Below are positions 18,797-32,700 of a stretch of DNA of 64,000 bases, piece after piece. Positions within the stretch are counted from its first letter, which is position 1. Every line of letters begins with the position of its first letter. Both the position numbers and the translations under genes were made by a program. Origin of the DNA: an uncultured Candidatus Saccharibacteria bacterium (GTDB lineage: Bacteria > Patescibacteriota > Saccharimonadia > Saccharimonadales > EFPC-124); assembly GCA_965225085.1 (NCBI GenBank), contig CBDDBE010000001.1, forward strand, positions 193,641 through 257,640. Direction: 5' to 3'. The notes under the pieces were generated by a model that saw nothing but the letters and a program-made list of their open reading frames with translations, was not told where the DNA came from and did no database searches.

Positions 18797-19648
18797 CTAG
18801 CTCAGGGTGAGCAGGAAATCATTTGTATCTTGCTCTAACCGTTCGGCAACGCGACGAAGACGCCGCCTAGAAGCTTCGCCGACAGAACCGCCCTCCACGA
18901 TATTGCGCACTTGCTGTGTCGCATGCTCAATAGTGTCATTCAGAACAATATGTAGGCGATCGTCCTGGCTGGCCATTTGAAAAATACGCTCTGCCGTCTG
19001 CAATCGACGCTTTAGCTCCAGCGGGTCCATCTCGCCGCGCTTCGAAAGTCTCTGCTGCCAGGTGTGAAAATCTGGCGGCAGGACCAACAACGCAATCGTG
19101 TCTTCCTTGGCATCTAGCGCATTCGCCACCCCACCAATATCCACATCAGTAATGGCGATGCGATGCTCACGCGTTGCGCGCTCGAGCTCACGGATACTGA
19201 TGCCCGAAACTTGCTGCCCATGAATCACCTCGGCCTCCAAAAATTCCCCGGCCTTGAGGTCGCGAAGCACGTCTGCCTCGCTGCGGAACCAATACTCCTT
19301 GCCGTCCTCTTCCCATTCACCATTGTTTTGACGCTTAGGGCGAGTTGTGTCAGAAATGACGTAGTGGTATTTGCCGGTTTTAACCAACTCCCAAATAATC
19401 GTATTGCGACCGGCCGCTGTTGGGCCACTCATAACCGCAAACGTTACGCGGCCTAGAACCCGGCGAGCATGATCGCTCGGCTGATAATTACTAATAGTTT
19501 CCTCAAATTCAGCACGATGCACCAGACGAGGCGACTGGGGCTGTGCCGAGAAGTTGTCTTCCATGCGGACACTATACAAAATATTGCCCTCTTTTCCTAA
19601 TGCATTCTGGGCGAAGTAACAAAAGAGCCGTCCGATCGGGCGGCTCAT
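18797..19648 (-). CDS. gmk: Guanylate kinase-like protein with N- and C-terminal extensions
   Basis: P-loop GPTAAGRNT and TTRPKR...EYWFRS...GEFLEAEVIHG match the Gmk core. The start is uncertain, with an alternative Met at 19564. Confidence 0.7.
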   Translation of the reverse strand: MSRPIGRLFCYFAQNALGKEGNILYSVRMEDNFSAQPQSPRLVHRAEFEETISNYQPSDHARRVLGRVTFAVMSGPTAAGRNTIIWELVKTGKYHYVISDTTRPKRQNNGEWEEDGKEYWFRSEADVLRDLKAGEFLEAEVIHGQQVSGISIRELERATREHRIAITDVDIGGVANALDAKEDTIALLVLPPDFHTWQQRLSKRGEMDPLELKRRLQTAERIFQMASQDDRLHIVLNDTIEHATQQVRNIVEGGSVGEASRRRLRRVAERLEQDTNDFLLTLS

Positions 19649-19668
19649 CTGCTTAGAGATTTCGCAAA

Positions 19669-20241
19669 CTATTTGTTCTGCTGCTTGTAGCTATTGATCG
19701 CCTGGACAACTTTACCGTCATTCTTCAGGTTCTCCCAGAACAACACCTGCTGACGCGAGATGTACATAGTGTCTTCTGGCCCATGTAGCTCGCTCCCAAG
19801 CTTGGCCAGCGAGACCTGGGACTGCGAGTTGTCAGTCTTGGTCTTGTCCGCAGGCTGGACACTCTGCTGCACCTGCAGATAGAAAATGTCCGTGAGCTTG
19901 ACGTAACCCTTGCTAGTATCGCTAACTTTGCCAAAGTACACCTGGCCGTTAGTCAAGAAAACTGCCTGGTATTGTCCTGACTTCACACCGGCGTCACCAC
20001 CCATGTTTGACCACGCAAGCCATCCGCCCATTACGAGGACAATAATCACCACAACCGCGACGACCATCATCATTAACGATTTTGAAGATTTGCCTGAGCT
20101 GTTTTGCATATGTGTGGCCTGCACCGGCGCTTCAGCGCCGCCTCCCATTGAATTTACGTTGTCATTTGGCGCACTTTGGGCGCGTGTTGGTTCAGGATAA
20201 CGACGAGCGCTTGAACCAGTCTGGCTGTTCCTAAATTCCAT
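19669..20241 (-). CDS. Single-pass membrane protein, unknown function
   Basis: Disordered N-terminus, one TM (MMMVVAVVVIIVLVMGGWLAW), and an extracytoplasmic beta-rich domain. Confidence 0.5.
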   Translation of the reverse strand: MEFRNSQTGSSARRYPEPTRAQSAPNDNVNSMGGGAEAPVQATHMQNSSGKSSKSLMMMVVAVVVIIVLVMGGWLAWSNMGGDAGVKSGQYQAVFLTNGQVYFGKVSDTSKGYVKLTDIFYLQVQQSVQPADKTKTDNSQSQVSLAKLGSELHGPEDTMYISRQQVLFWENLKNDGKVVQAINSYKQQNK

Positions 20242-20362
20242 AACCTCACCTTTTAGTTACTACCCTTACTAACAATCCAGTGTAGTAAAAAACGACCCTC
20301 AGCACAAGCGCTATGCAGCATTATCACGTTTTGTAAGTTATAATAGGGAACGAATAATACTA

Positions 20363-21217
20363 ATGGTTAAAAATATGTTGCTCACTGGGCATCGGCCGCA
20401 AAAACGATCCATCTGGCTAGCTGGATTCACAATGATATTCCTGTCGTTGTGGAGTTTTTTGGTGGCGGCCCACGCCGAGAGCACAGCTGCCATTTCCCAA
20501 GGCTTCAATACCAGCGAAACAAACATCGCGACAGGCGCGCTAGTTGGGCTCACGCCAAATTCAAAAAGCTCAGTACAGCTTAGCGACGTAGACCATGTCA
20601 GCGAGTTGGTCGGCGTCATTGGCGACAAGCCGCTCATTCAGTTGTCCAGTACGGGGCAACAAGTACAAGTGGTTATCAGCGGCATTACGCCCGCGTTGGT
20701 CAGCGATATCAACGGGGATATCAAGTCCGGCGACAAGATAACAGCCTCCCCAATCACTGGTGTAGGCATGAAAGCAACCGGCAGCGTACTGGTTGTCGGA
20801 ACCGCCCAAGCCAGCCTCAGCTCGGCCACTACCACCCAAAAATCTGTCAACGACAAAGACGGCAAGCCGCAGACGGTCAAAATTGGCTCTATCCCTATCC
20901 AAGTTAATATCACCTATTACGTGCCCCCGGAACAAAAGAACGCTTTCCTGCCGCCCTTCCTACAGTCACTGGCGAATGCCGTTGCCGGACGTGACGTATC
21001 ACCTGTGAGGGTTATCGTAAGCACGGTGGCGCTGATATTTGGGTTTGTTAGCATCGCCATCCTGCTATATTCCTCGACCCGCTCCAGCATCATATCCATC
21101 GGGCGCAACCCGCTTTCCGAAGGTGCCGTCCAGAAAAGCCTGATCGAAGTGGGCGCGACAGCACTTGGCATTTTACTGGTTATGCTTATTGCTATATATT
21201 TGGTACTAACAACCTAA
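20363..21217 (+). CDS. Exported protein with a C-terminal two-helix hairpin resembling ATP synthase subunit c; first gene of the ATPase operon
   Basis: Signal peptide (...LVAAHA|E), a ~200-aa extracytoplasmic domain, then TM - SIGRNPLSEG loop - TM carrying Glu (LIEVGATALG). Only 14 nt separate it from the b-like gene. Confidence 0.45.
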   Translation: MVKNMLLTGHRPQKRSIWLAGFTMIFLSLWSFLVAAHAESTAAISQGFNTSETNIATGALVGLTPNSKSSVQLSDVDHVSELVGVIGDKPLIQLSSTGQQVQVVISGITPALVSDINGDIKSGDKITASPITGVGMKATGSVLVVGTAQASLSSATTTQKSVNDKDGKPQTVKIGSIPIQVNITYYVPPEQKNAFLPPFLQSLANAVAGRDVSPVRVIVSTVALIFGFVSIAILLYSSTRSSIISIGRNPLSEGAVQKSLIEVGATALGILLVMLIAIYLVLTT

Positions 21218-21231
21218 CCTCGAAAAGGCTC

Positions 21232-21843
21232 ATGGATTCATCACAGCTCGTACTCATCGTCGGCCTGATCGCAATGGTCATCATCAATGCGATGAGTTTG
21301 CTATGGGCGATGAAACTGAATAAACAGCTCCAGACCCGACCCTCGCCGAAGGTTTATGAAGTGAAGGTTGACGCCGGTCAAGTGCTAGCGGATATCGATA
21401 TGAGTGAGATCGAAAAGCTTGCACGCCAGCAGCTCACCAAAGTCGCCAACGAAGCCGGCGCCCGGTTTAAGGAATCAATCGACAACGCCGTCGAGCAAGT
21501 GAGCATCCACATCAGCGATATGGCCAACAACTCACTGCTTGGCGAATTCGAGAAGTATCAGGTGAGCCTGCAAGCCCTGCGCGACCAAAGCATTCAGGAG
21601 TTTAGCAAGCTCCAAAAGGAACTGGACGATCGGCGCACGCAGCTGACCGAACATCTGGACAAGGTCATCCAGAATGAGGGCGAAAAGCGCCTTTCAACCC
21701 TTGATGACCGCATGAACGACATTATATCGAGCTACCTCATCGAAAGTCTGGGCACGCAGGTTGACCTGGGGGCGCAATCGGCCTACATCTTTGAGATGTT
21801 GCACAAACACAAGGACGAAATCAAGCGAGACATCCTATCATGA
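21232..21843 (+). CDS. atpF: ATP synthase subunit b-like stator protein
   Basis: One N-terminal TM plus a long coiled coil. 4-nt overlap with the delta-like gene. Confidence 0.55.
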   Translation: MDSSQLVLIVGLIAMVIINAMSLLWAMKLNKQLQTRPSPKVYEVKVDAGQVLADIDMSEIEKLARQQLTKVANEAGARFKESIDNAVEQVSIHISDMANNSLLGEFEKYQVSLQALRDQSIQEFSKLQKELDDRRTQLTEHLDKVIQNEGEKRLSTLDDRMNDIISSYLIESLGTQVDLGAQSAYIFEMLHKHKDEIKRDILS

Positions 21844-22337
21844 CCGAAACCCCAGTTAGACTGCCTGTCGACTTGTATTCCCCCGACCAACTAGGCGCGA
21901 TCATCCTGGAGCTGCGTTCGTACATCGCCGCTCTGCATGACGCCCTGGTGCGCGACCAAGTTGCCCATACCCAGAACGTCGCGGCCCCGCATACTTCTGC
22001 ACTCCTGATGGGCGTGCTCAGAAGCGCCAACGTGTCACCGACCGATCAAGCTGAGGTCGAAAAGGTCCTAAAAGAGCTCGAGGCCATTCGCAGCAAAGCG
22101 CCGGCTGCGCATCTCATGATGGCCGCCCTTCCCAACCGCGAGCTAAAGCGCCGGCTGGTAGAATGGTTCCGCGACGAGATCCATCCCTATATGCTGCTGA
22201 CATTTGCAACCCGCACCGACATCGGTGGCGGGGTGGTTATACAGGCTGGGTCGCACATATACAACTATTCGTTCCGCGAACAGATTCTCGGCCACAAGAA
22301 CCGGATATCGGAGATCTATAACAGTGTACGACAATAG
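21840..22337 (+). CDS. atpH: ATP synthase subunit delta (OSCP)-like
   Basis: C-terminal pattern LLTFATRTDIGGGVVIQAGSHIYNYSFREQI matches the delta C-terminal domain. Confidence 0.65.
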   Translation: MTETPVRLPVDLYSPDQLGAIILELRSYIAALHDALVRDQVAHTQNVAAPHTSALLMGVLRSANVSPTDQAEVEKVLKELEAIRSKAPAAHLMMAALPNRELKRRLVEWFRDEIHPYMLLTFATRTDIGGGVVIQAGSHIYNYSFREQILGHKNRISEIYNSVRQ

Positions 22338-23747
22338 TCTCTTCCAAAAACTTGTCGAGTCTGGCCAGCCAACTGGTGAGATCATTGGGGTGGATCGTTT
22401 TCTGGTAACCGTGAAAGGACTTGAGGGTGTCGCAACCAACGCCCTGGTACTATTCGAAAACGGCCAACATGGCATGGTTCGAGAAATCGACCTGGAAAAA
22501 GTCCACATCCTAAACCTCGAGGCCGAAAACAGCCAGCTGGGTAGCCTGGTTGTCCTGCAAAACAACGTCCTCACTGCAGGCGTCGGCGAAAGCTTGATTG
22601 GCCGCATCATCAACCCGTTGGGCCAACCGCTGGACGGCAAGGGAACGGTGCGGTTCGAGGCTAACTGGCCTGTCTTCAACAGAGCACCGGGCATCATGGA
22701 ACGCAGCCTGCTGAAGGACCAACTGCCATCCGGCGTGACCATGGTAGACATGATGTTTCCCATTGTGCTGGGTCAGCGCATCGCCGTGTTGGGCGATACC
22801 AAATCAGGCAAAACCAGCTTCCTAACGCAGTTGGGCGTAAACCAAGTCGGCACCGATCGCATAGTCGTATATGTACTGATAGGCAAACGGCGCCTAGAGA
22901 TCGACGCGCTACTAAATCGGTTGAACGAAACCGGGGCGATTGCCAATAGCATCGTCATTGTAGCCAATATCTTCGACTCGCTGGCGCAAAGTTATCTAGC
23001 CCCATACGTTGGCTGTTCGGTCGCGGAGTATCTGTGGTATCACGGGCGCGACGTCATTATCATCTACGACGACCTCAGCTCCCACGCCAAAGTTTACCGC
23101 GAGCTATCCCTCCTAGAGCAGGCAAACCCAGGGCGCGACAGCTATCCAGGTGACATGTTCTATGCGCACTCCAGCCTGCTGGAGCGCGCCGGCAAATTGG
23201 CTGCAAATGACAAAACACTCACGGCTCTGCCAACGGTCATCACACCAGGCGACGACATCACCGCGTACCTACCGACGAGCATCATGTCCATCACCGACGG
23301 TCAGCTAATATTCGATCTGGCGACCTTTCGCCAGAACATCAAACCAGCCATCAATGCCGGGCTATCTGTCTCGCGTGTGGGCGGTCGTGCGCAAAATCAA
23401 CGCCAGAAGAAACTCTCTGGCGCGCTATTCAAAAGCCTCGCGACCTACCGCCAAGCGTCTGAGTTTTCGCACTTTGGCGCCGACATTGCGCCCGAGACGC
23501 TCCAGGCGCTGGAGCTGGGCAAACAGATCAACGAAGCCTTCCGGCAGACGCCAGGCGAGCTCTTTACCGTCATGCAACAGACCCTCATACTCGAAACTGT
23601 CCTGAAGGCCGCCGGCCAACGCAAACTAAATGTCGGCCTGCTCAAAATGAAAGCCCGCGAGATGGCGGATGCCATACAAAACGACGACCAAGTCGACGGC
23701 ACCGTCAAGCAACTGCTCGAACTCAGCACTATGGGAGGTGCTGCAGC

Positions 23748-23751
<4 letters not shown>
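22324..23751 (+). CDS. atpA: F1 ATPase alpha subunit
   Basis: GTG start overlapping the delta end. Walker A GDTKSGKTS, and alignable by eye to AtpA throughout. Confidence 0.9.
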
Positions 23752-25903
<2,152 letters not shown>

Positions 25904-25963
25904 TATCAAATCAATGTTATAGTTTTTCAGTTCTCGTTTCGCTTTCCGAGGAAGGTAAATGTC

Positions 25964-26290
25964 TTGAAGCCGCTCACCAGCAGCCATATATACGATACCA
26001 ACTTGATAACGCCCGAACGCACCGAGTCACAGATAGATCAGGCGCGGGGCATAAAAGAAAACCTCGTAGCCGCGGTTGATGCAGCAATCATGGCGATAGG
26101 TGCGTTCACGGGGCTTGAGGAGCTGGGCAAGTGGGCGATAACATGCGCCCAGTCGACGCTTCGGCAGACTAAGCTTCCGGAGGGCTTTGTCATCACTCAG
26201 CTGACAATCAGGTACTTCAGTTTGCCTGGCGCAAGTGGGGGCCTGATTATGCGGGTCGACTGCCTGACCGGCAAGATCGAGATCTTCTGA
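25964..26290 (+). CDS. Orphan hypothetical protein inserted between atpD and atpC (cassette F)
   Basis: TTG start after SD gaggaagg. Promoter TTGATC-N17-TATAGT (25895-25923) overlaps the atpD stop. Confidence 0.45.
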   Translation: MKPLTSSHIYDTNLITPERTESQIDQARGIKENLVAAVDAAIMAIGAFTGLEELGKWAITCAQSTLRQTKLPEGFVITQLTIRYFSLPGASGGLIMRVDCLTGKIEIF

Positions 26291-26297
26291 GAGAACA

Positions 26298-26329
26298 GGT
26301 GAGGGCCGGCTCAAAAACCGGCTCTCACC
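26298..26329 (+). terminator. GC-rich hairpin after cassette F
   Basis: ggtgagggccgg / ccggctctcacc, 12 bp with one G-U pair. Confidence 0.6.
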
Positions 26330-26377
26330 ATCACGCACCCTGTAGTAATCTTTTTCTACGTGCGTTACAGTAAAATT

Positions 26378-26647
26378 ATGAAACTCAAAGGCGAACCGCG
26401 ATTACGTGCCCGAGTATTATCTCCTACCCAAACGCTGTACGACGGCCCAGCCATGTCGGTATCGGCCGTCAACAAGGTAGGACCGTTCGACATTCTGGCC
26501 GATCATGCTAACTTTTTCTCGCTACTGACCGAAGGCGATATTATCATCAATACGGGATATCAGACGTTCAATTTTCCCATCCAACACGGCATTGTCAAAG
26601 TCAAAAAGAACGAAGTGACGCTATTTATCGACATCGAGCCAGCCTGA
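26378..26647 (+). CDS. atpC: F1 ATPase epsilon subunit, beta-sandwich domain only
   Basis: 89 aa (95 aa if GTG 26360 is the start). The N-terminal domain pattern is present. It is about 40 aa shorter than typical ~135-aa epsilon subunits, consistent with the C-terminal helical hairpin being absent (inferred from length only). Confidence 0.75.
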   Translation: MKLKGEPRLRARVLSPTQTLYDGPAMSVSAVNKVGPFDILADHANFFSLLTEGDIIINTGYQTFNFPIQHGIVKVKKNEVTLFIDIEPA

Positions 26648-26666
26648 GATTTAGCACGATGGGGGC

Positions 26667-26694
26667 TTGCTTTCTCTAACATAAGCACTATACT
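26667..26694 (+). promoter_or_regulatory. Promoter of the giant surface protein gene
   Basis: TTGCTT-N16-TATACT. Confidence 0.55.
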
Positions 26695-26747
26695 AGTTTA
26701 TGAGACATTTTATATAAAAAGAAGCAAAAACGTTTCTTACAAATACG

Positions 26748-29700
26748 GTGGAAAATCAAGGGAACAATACCAGCACGCCAGTGGGTGGCAGCCGGGCTAA
26801 TACGACAATGGCCGCTTTTGATGTTGTGTCACCAGCAACATCCAGCGGGCCTCCGCAAGCACCGCCAGGCTTAGCTACGCCGACTCGGCAATCACCTCGC
26901 CCGCCACGTGGCAGGCGCACAGGGCTATTTATCAAGATAGCTATTGCCCTTGTTATCCTTGCACTTATCGGCGGCGTAGTTATCTTCATCCGCAGCATGG
27001 CGCCAAAGGGTTCGGTTCTGTCCAGCCAAAATTCCGACGCAACCCAACGCTTTAATACGCTCAATATCCCGCTCAATGACATATCCGGCGCGGGCACTGT
27101 TGTCCTGGACAACTCTCGCACGCTTAGCATTAACGGCCAGCTGAAGGCAAACAACGGCTTTGTACTGACCCCGTCAGGCCAGCCAACGAATGCGGTTGCC
27201 GGACAATTGTACTACGATAAAAGCTCCAACGAGCTGAACTATTACAACGGGGCTAGCTTCATCCCCTTAGTAAACAATCCTCAGACCGTCACAAGCATCA
27301 ACAACACCGGCGGTACATTCACGCTGGGCGGCGGACTGGGCCTGGTTGGCACCCAGCTGAGCAACACAGGCGTCATTAGCATCGCTTCTGGCAGTCCCAA
27401 CTTGACCGTCACAAACGACGGCAGCGGCAATGTCACCTTGTCGACCAGTGGCACTTCCCTGCAAAATACCGGCGGCACCGCTGGTTTTATTGCTATGTTC
27501 GACAGCACCAACAGCATCACCAATTCGCTGCTTAGCCAGTCGGGCAGCACGGTTTCGGTCAATGGTGGCGTGACCGTGTCGGGCACCTTGAATTTGCAAA
27601 ATAGCGCCACAACCACCATCAACCTAGCCAACACAACGAGCGGCGTGACAGGACAAATCTACAACGACGGCAACCTGCACGTCACTGGCGGCCAGAACAA
27701 CCTGTGGCTGGACGCGGGCGGGGTCGGCACAATATTCCTAAATGCCGGCAACAGCAACCCAGTCGCCATCAACGAATCAACCATCCCGTCATACCCGCTG
27801 GAAGTAAACGGCGACGTCAACCTGACGGCCGGTCACAGCTACCGTGTCAACGGCGTCGTCATCGGTGGGGGCGGCGGTGTCAGCAGCCTAGACGGCCTAT
27901 CTGGTGCGCTAAATCTGGCTAACTCGACGGGCGGCGGCACGACAGTTACCATCAACGACGCCAGTACGGCAGCGAAGGGTATCGCCCAGTTCAATGCGAC
28001 CAACTTTACAGCCGCTGGTGGCATAATCAACACCATCCAGAATATTAGCGCCGCTTCTTCTCCAACATTTGCCGGTATAAATACCAACAGCATTACGCCT
28101 AGCGCCGCGCTCACCGTTGGCGCAACCAGCCAAAACCTCACTCTGCAAGGCGCCGTCACCACGCTCAGCAGCACCAGTGGCGCAAACACCACTTCTCTGA
28201 CCTTCGTCACGCCAACTGCCAATGCAATCTACCGACTCCAAGCAGCCGCAGCCGGCACATACGACATATGCACAACGGCCGGCAACTGTGTGGGTGGAGG
28301 CGTTACATCACCGGGCGGCACGCCAAATCAGCTAGCCAAGTTCACCGCCGGACAGATCATCGGCGATTCGATCATTTCTGATAATGGCTCACTGGTGACT
28401 ATCAGCGGCAACCTAACCGTAACCGGTACTACCACGCTCAGCACACCGCTGGCGGTTGCGAGCGGTGGCACAGGTTCGGCGACTGCCAGCGGTGCGCGCA
28501 CCAACCTTGGCGCGGCAGCATCGGGGGCAAATAACGATATCACATCTTTGTCTGGGCTGACCACGGCGCTTAGCGTTGTTCAGGGTGGCACTGGCGCAAC
28601 ATCGCTTACCGCCAATGGCATCTTGCTGGGCAACGGCACCAGCCCCGTCACAACCATTGCAGCCGGCACGTCTGGTCAATGTTTGACTGCAACCGGTGGT
28701 GCACCGGCATTTTCGACATGTAACCTCCAAACCGCCTACAACAACGCAACTGGCGGAACGACGCCGGAGGTCAAGCTCAATACAACCGGTGGGGCGCTGG
28801 ATATCCAAGACGCCGACACGACACTTGGAACCAATCTACTGAATATCCGCGCCAGCAATGGTTCTGGCCTGGGTCAAATATTATTCGGCGTTGGCAGCAC
28901 TGGCGCAACCGTCTACCAAAACAGCGTCAACTCTGCAACGGCCTTTATGGTGGAAAACGCCGCCGGAGCAGCGCAGCTGACGGTCGACACCACCGGCAGC
29001 AGGGTTGTCATTGGGGCACTTCAAACCAACACTATCTCCCCTACCGCTGCACTGACGATCGGCGCGACAGGGCAGAGTTTTACGCTTCAGGGCAACGCCA
29101 GCAGCACCGTCACGGCAACTGGCGGTGGATTCACCACGACTGTTGGGTTTAGCGGCTCACCGACTGGCGCTGTAACGTACAATTTTGACCGGACGGTGGC
29201 TGCGGGGACGTATACTATATGTACGACAATCGGCAACTGTGCAGGAACAGGCACCGGCGTCACAACCAGCGGCGGAACCACCAATGCTATCCCCAAGTTC
29301 CTTTCAGCCCAATCTCTCGGGAATTCAATTATTACCGACAACGGCTCAACCGTTACGATCGGCGGGGCGCTGGGCGTCAACACCATCACGCCAACGGCCG
29401 CTTTGACTATTGGCGCAACTGGCCAAAACCTTACCCTACAAGGCGCCACCGTCAACCTCACCGCTACCTCCGGCGGCGTCACCAACAGCCTAACATTCGC
29501 GACGCCTGCCAGCGGGAACAAGACCATCACCCTACCCAACGCAAGCGGTACTGTCGCCGTATCGGCCTCAGGCCCCCTAACACTTGATGCAGCAGGCAAT
29601 CTTACCTGTCCAACTTGTGTTACCAGCGGTGGTGGCGGTGGTGGCGTGGGCGCAGTCGACAGCGTAGATGGACTAACCGGAGCGCTCACGATCGCCAACT

Positions 29701-32700
29701 CATCCGGCGTAGGCTCTACTATTACCATCAATAACGCTAGTACGGCAGCGAAGGGTATCGCTCAATTCAACGCCACCAACTTTACCGCCAGCAGCGGAAC
29801 CGTCAACACCATTCAGGACATCACCACAGCGTCAGCACCGACGTTTGGCCAACTAACGCTCAGCTCTAGTCAGGCCACCGCCGCGATGCTGACCGTTAAC
29901 AATACAAACGGCAGCGGCACAGGCAATCTTATCGACCTTCAGCTAAACGGCTCGAGCAAATTCAGCGTGGCGCCAAATGGCAACGCCACAGTCGTTGGGA
30001 CACTGACGTCGGGCGCCATAAACGGACAAACCATCAGCAGCAGCGCAAGCTTTACGGGCACGCTGGGAGTTACGGGACTCACTACCCTCAGCGGTGGCGC
30101 AACAGTAGTCGGCACGTTAGCTGCAAACACGCTCACGCCGAGCAGCTCGCTGACCGTCGGCGCGACCGGCCAGAGCTTTACGATCCAGGGTAATGCCAGC
30201 AGCACAATAACGGCGACCGGGGGCGGCTTCACCACGACAATTGGCTTTAGTGGCGCGCCAACTGGCGCCGTGACGTACAATTTTGACCGGACCGCATCTG
30301 CAGGAACATACACTATATGTACGACAGTGGGCAACTGTGCAGGATCAGGCAGCGGCGTGACGACACCCGGCGGGACGGCGAATACACTAGCTAAGTTCAC
30401 GGCGGGGCAGGCTATTGGAAATTCAGGTATTACCGACGACGGGACCACCATCACCCTTGGCGAGAATGTCAGCATCAGCGCCAACAAGACCTTGGCGCTC
30501 GCCAACGGCACAGGCACGGTCACTCAGACCTACACCAACACAACCGGCACAGCCTCAACGCTCAACGCAACCAACAGCGCCAGTAGCAGTACCACAACCG
30601 TCACCGGTCAAAGCATCAACCTGACCGGAACCAACAACGCCGGTGGCGCCAACACCGTAAACGGCATCAGCTTTGGCAATGTCACGGCCGCGACGAATAA
30701 CAGCTTCTACGGACTCAATTTTGGCACAGGCATGACCGACATACTGCGGTACAACGGCGCACAGTTGATATCTGGGACTGGGCTTATTCAGAACGCAGCG
30801 TTTGACTCTGCTCTGGCCTACACCAACATCACTAAGGTTGGAGCGCTTACTAGCGGATCAATCGCCTCGGGCTTTGGCACCATTGCCACGGCTAATACCA
30901 TCACTGGCACGACGCTCAATGGCACGACAGGCATAAATACCGGCGCGGCTGGCGGCACACAGCGTATCGACAGCTCGGGCAACCTGGTTAATATTGGCAC
31001 CATAACCTCAGGGCTGATCAACGGGCAGACCATCAGCAGTGCGGCAAACTTTACCGGTACACTTGGCGTTACCGGCCTAGCCACACTCAATGGCGGCGCC
31101 ACCGTCGTAGGCACGCTTACTGCCAACACCATTACCCCCAGCAGCTCCCTCACCGTTGGCGCCACTGGTCAAGCCTTTACATTGCAGGGCAACGCCAGCA
31201 GCACCGTCACGGCAACGGGCGGTGGATTCACCACGACCGTAGGGTTTAGCGGCGCACCGACTGCGGCTGTGACCTACAACTTCGACCGGACGGTGTCCGC
31301 TGGGACGTATACTATATGTACGACGTTTGGTAACTGTGCTGGTACAGGCGGTGGCGTGACGACACCAGGCGGCACAACGAACTCACTAGCCAAGTTCACT
31401 GCAGGGCAAGTTATTGGAAACTCAGGCATCAGCGACGACGGCACCACCATCAGCACCTCCGAAAAAATCTCGCAAGCATTCACCGGCACAAGCGGTACGG
31501 GCACAACGTTGGCCGTCACCGACAGCTCAGCCAGCGGCGCCAGCACACTCCAAGGCATGGCCGTCAACATCACCGGCACGAACACCAGCGGCACGAACAC
31601 CATCACTGGCGTCAACTTTGGCAACGTCGCAGCTGCAACCAACAACACCTACAATGGCATCGCCTTCGGCACCGGATTCAACAGCCTCCTCAGCTACAAT
31701 GGCACGCAATTGATCTCAGGTGCCGGCCTCCTTCAGAATGCCGCCATCGATTCGACACTGGCCTACAGCAACCTCCAAAAGGTGGGGACGCTCAGCGTCG
31801 GGTCTATCGTTAGTGGTTTCGGCACCATCTCGACTACTAACAACATCAGCACAACCGCCACTGTTCAGGGCGGTACGGGCATCTTCACTGGTGCGAATGC
31901 GCTGACGGTAGGCACAGCGTCCACGAACACCGGTGCCATCGTCTTCAAGGGGTCGGGCGGTACGGGCACGCTCACGCTGCAGGGCCCAACGACGCCAAAT
32001 GCCGGTAACTTCACCCTCACGATCCCGGCTATAACTGGCAACGCAAATATCTGTACAGACAATAGTGTCTGCACGGGCTACGCAGCAGCCAGCGGCAGCT
32101 CAAGCTATGTGCAGCTTCAGGGCGCTACGCCAGGCTCAGCTCAAACTGGTCACTTCAACATCACCGGTACCGGGATCGCAGGAACCGCGATCCAAACACC
32201 GCTCGTTGATGCCGCTACCGCTGCGACTGCCCTCAATGTCGGCACCACAAACGCAAATCAAATCAACCTCAACCAAAATACGGCCATCGCGACTAATAAA
32301 TCATTCACGGCAAATGGCGCCGCTCTCTTCCAAGATGCGACCAACTCAACAACTGCCCTCAAGGTGGTGAATAGCGCCAATACCAGCACTGCGTTCGACG
32401 TAGACACCACCAATAGCTTTGTCGGCATCGGCACGAGCGCCCCAAGTCGTACGCTTGATACCTCCGTGAACAATTCCCAGATCACCGCGCCAATGGCACT
32501 CTTTGAACAGGCCGGCAGTGGGGATGCCAACATCGAATTCAAGACCGCCGCCGCCAACAGCAACTACTACGTCGGGGTCGACAGTAGCAATTCCAACACC
32601 TTTACCATCAACTCATACATTGCAGCAACCTCCACAGTCGGCTCAACCTACTCACTTGGCAACGGGACCAACGACGGTACGCACGATTTCAACACTAACT

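Noticed and set aside
28087-31870. Whether the regular repeats could be a CRISPR array.
   Set aside because: The period is about 1 kb and the repeats are coding and divergent. No short direct repeat and spacer structure exists, and there are no cas genes in the window.
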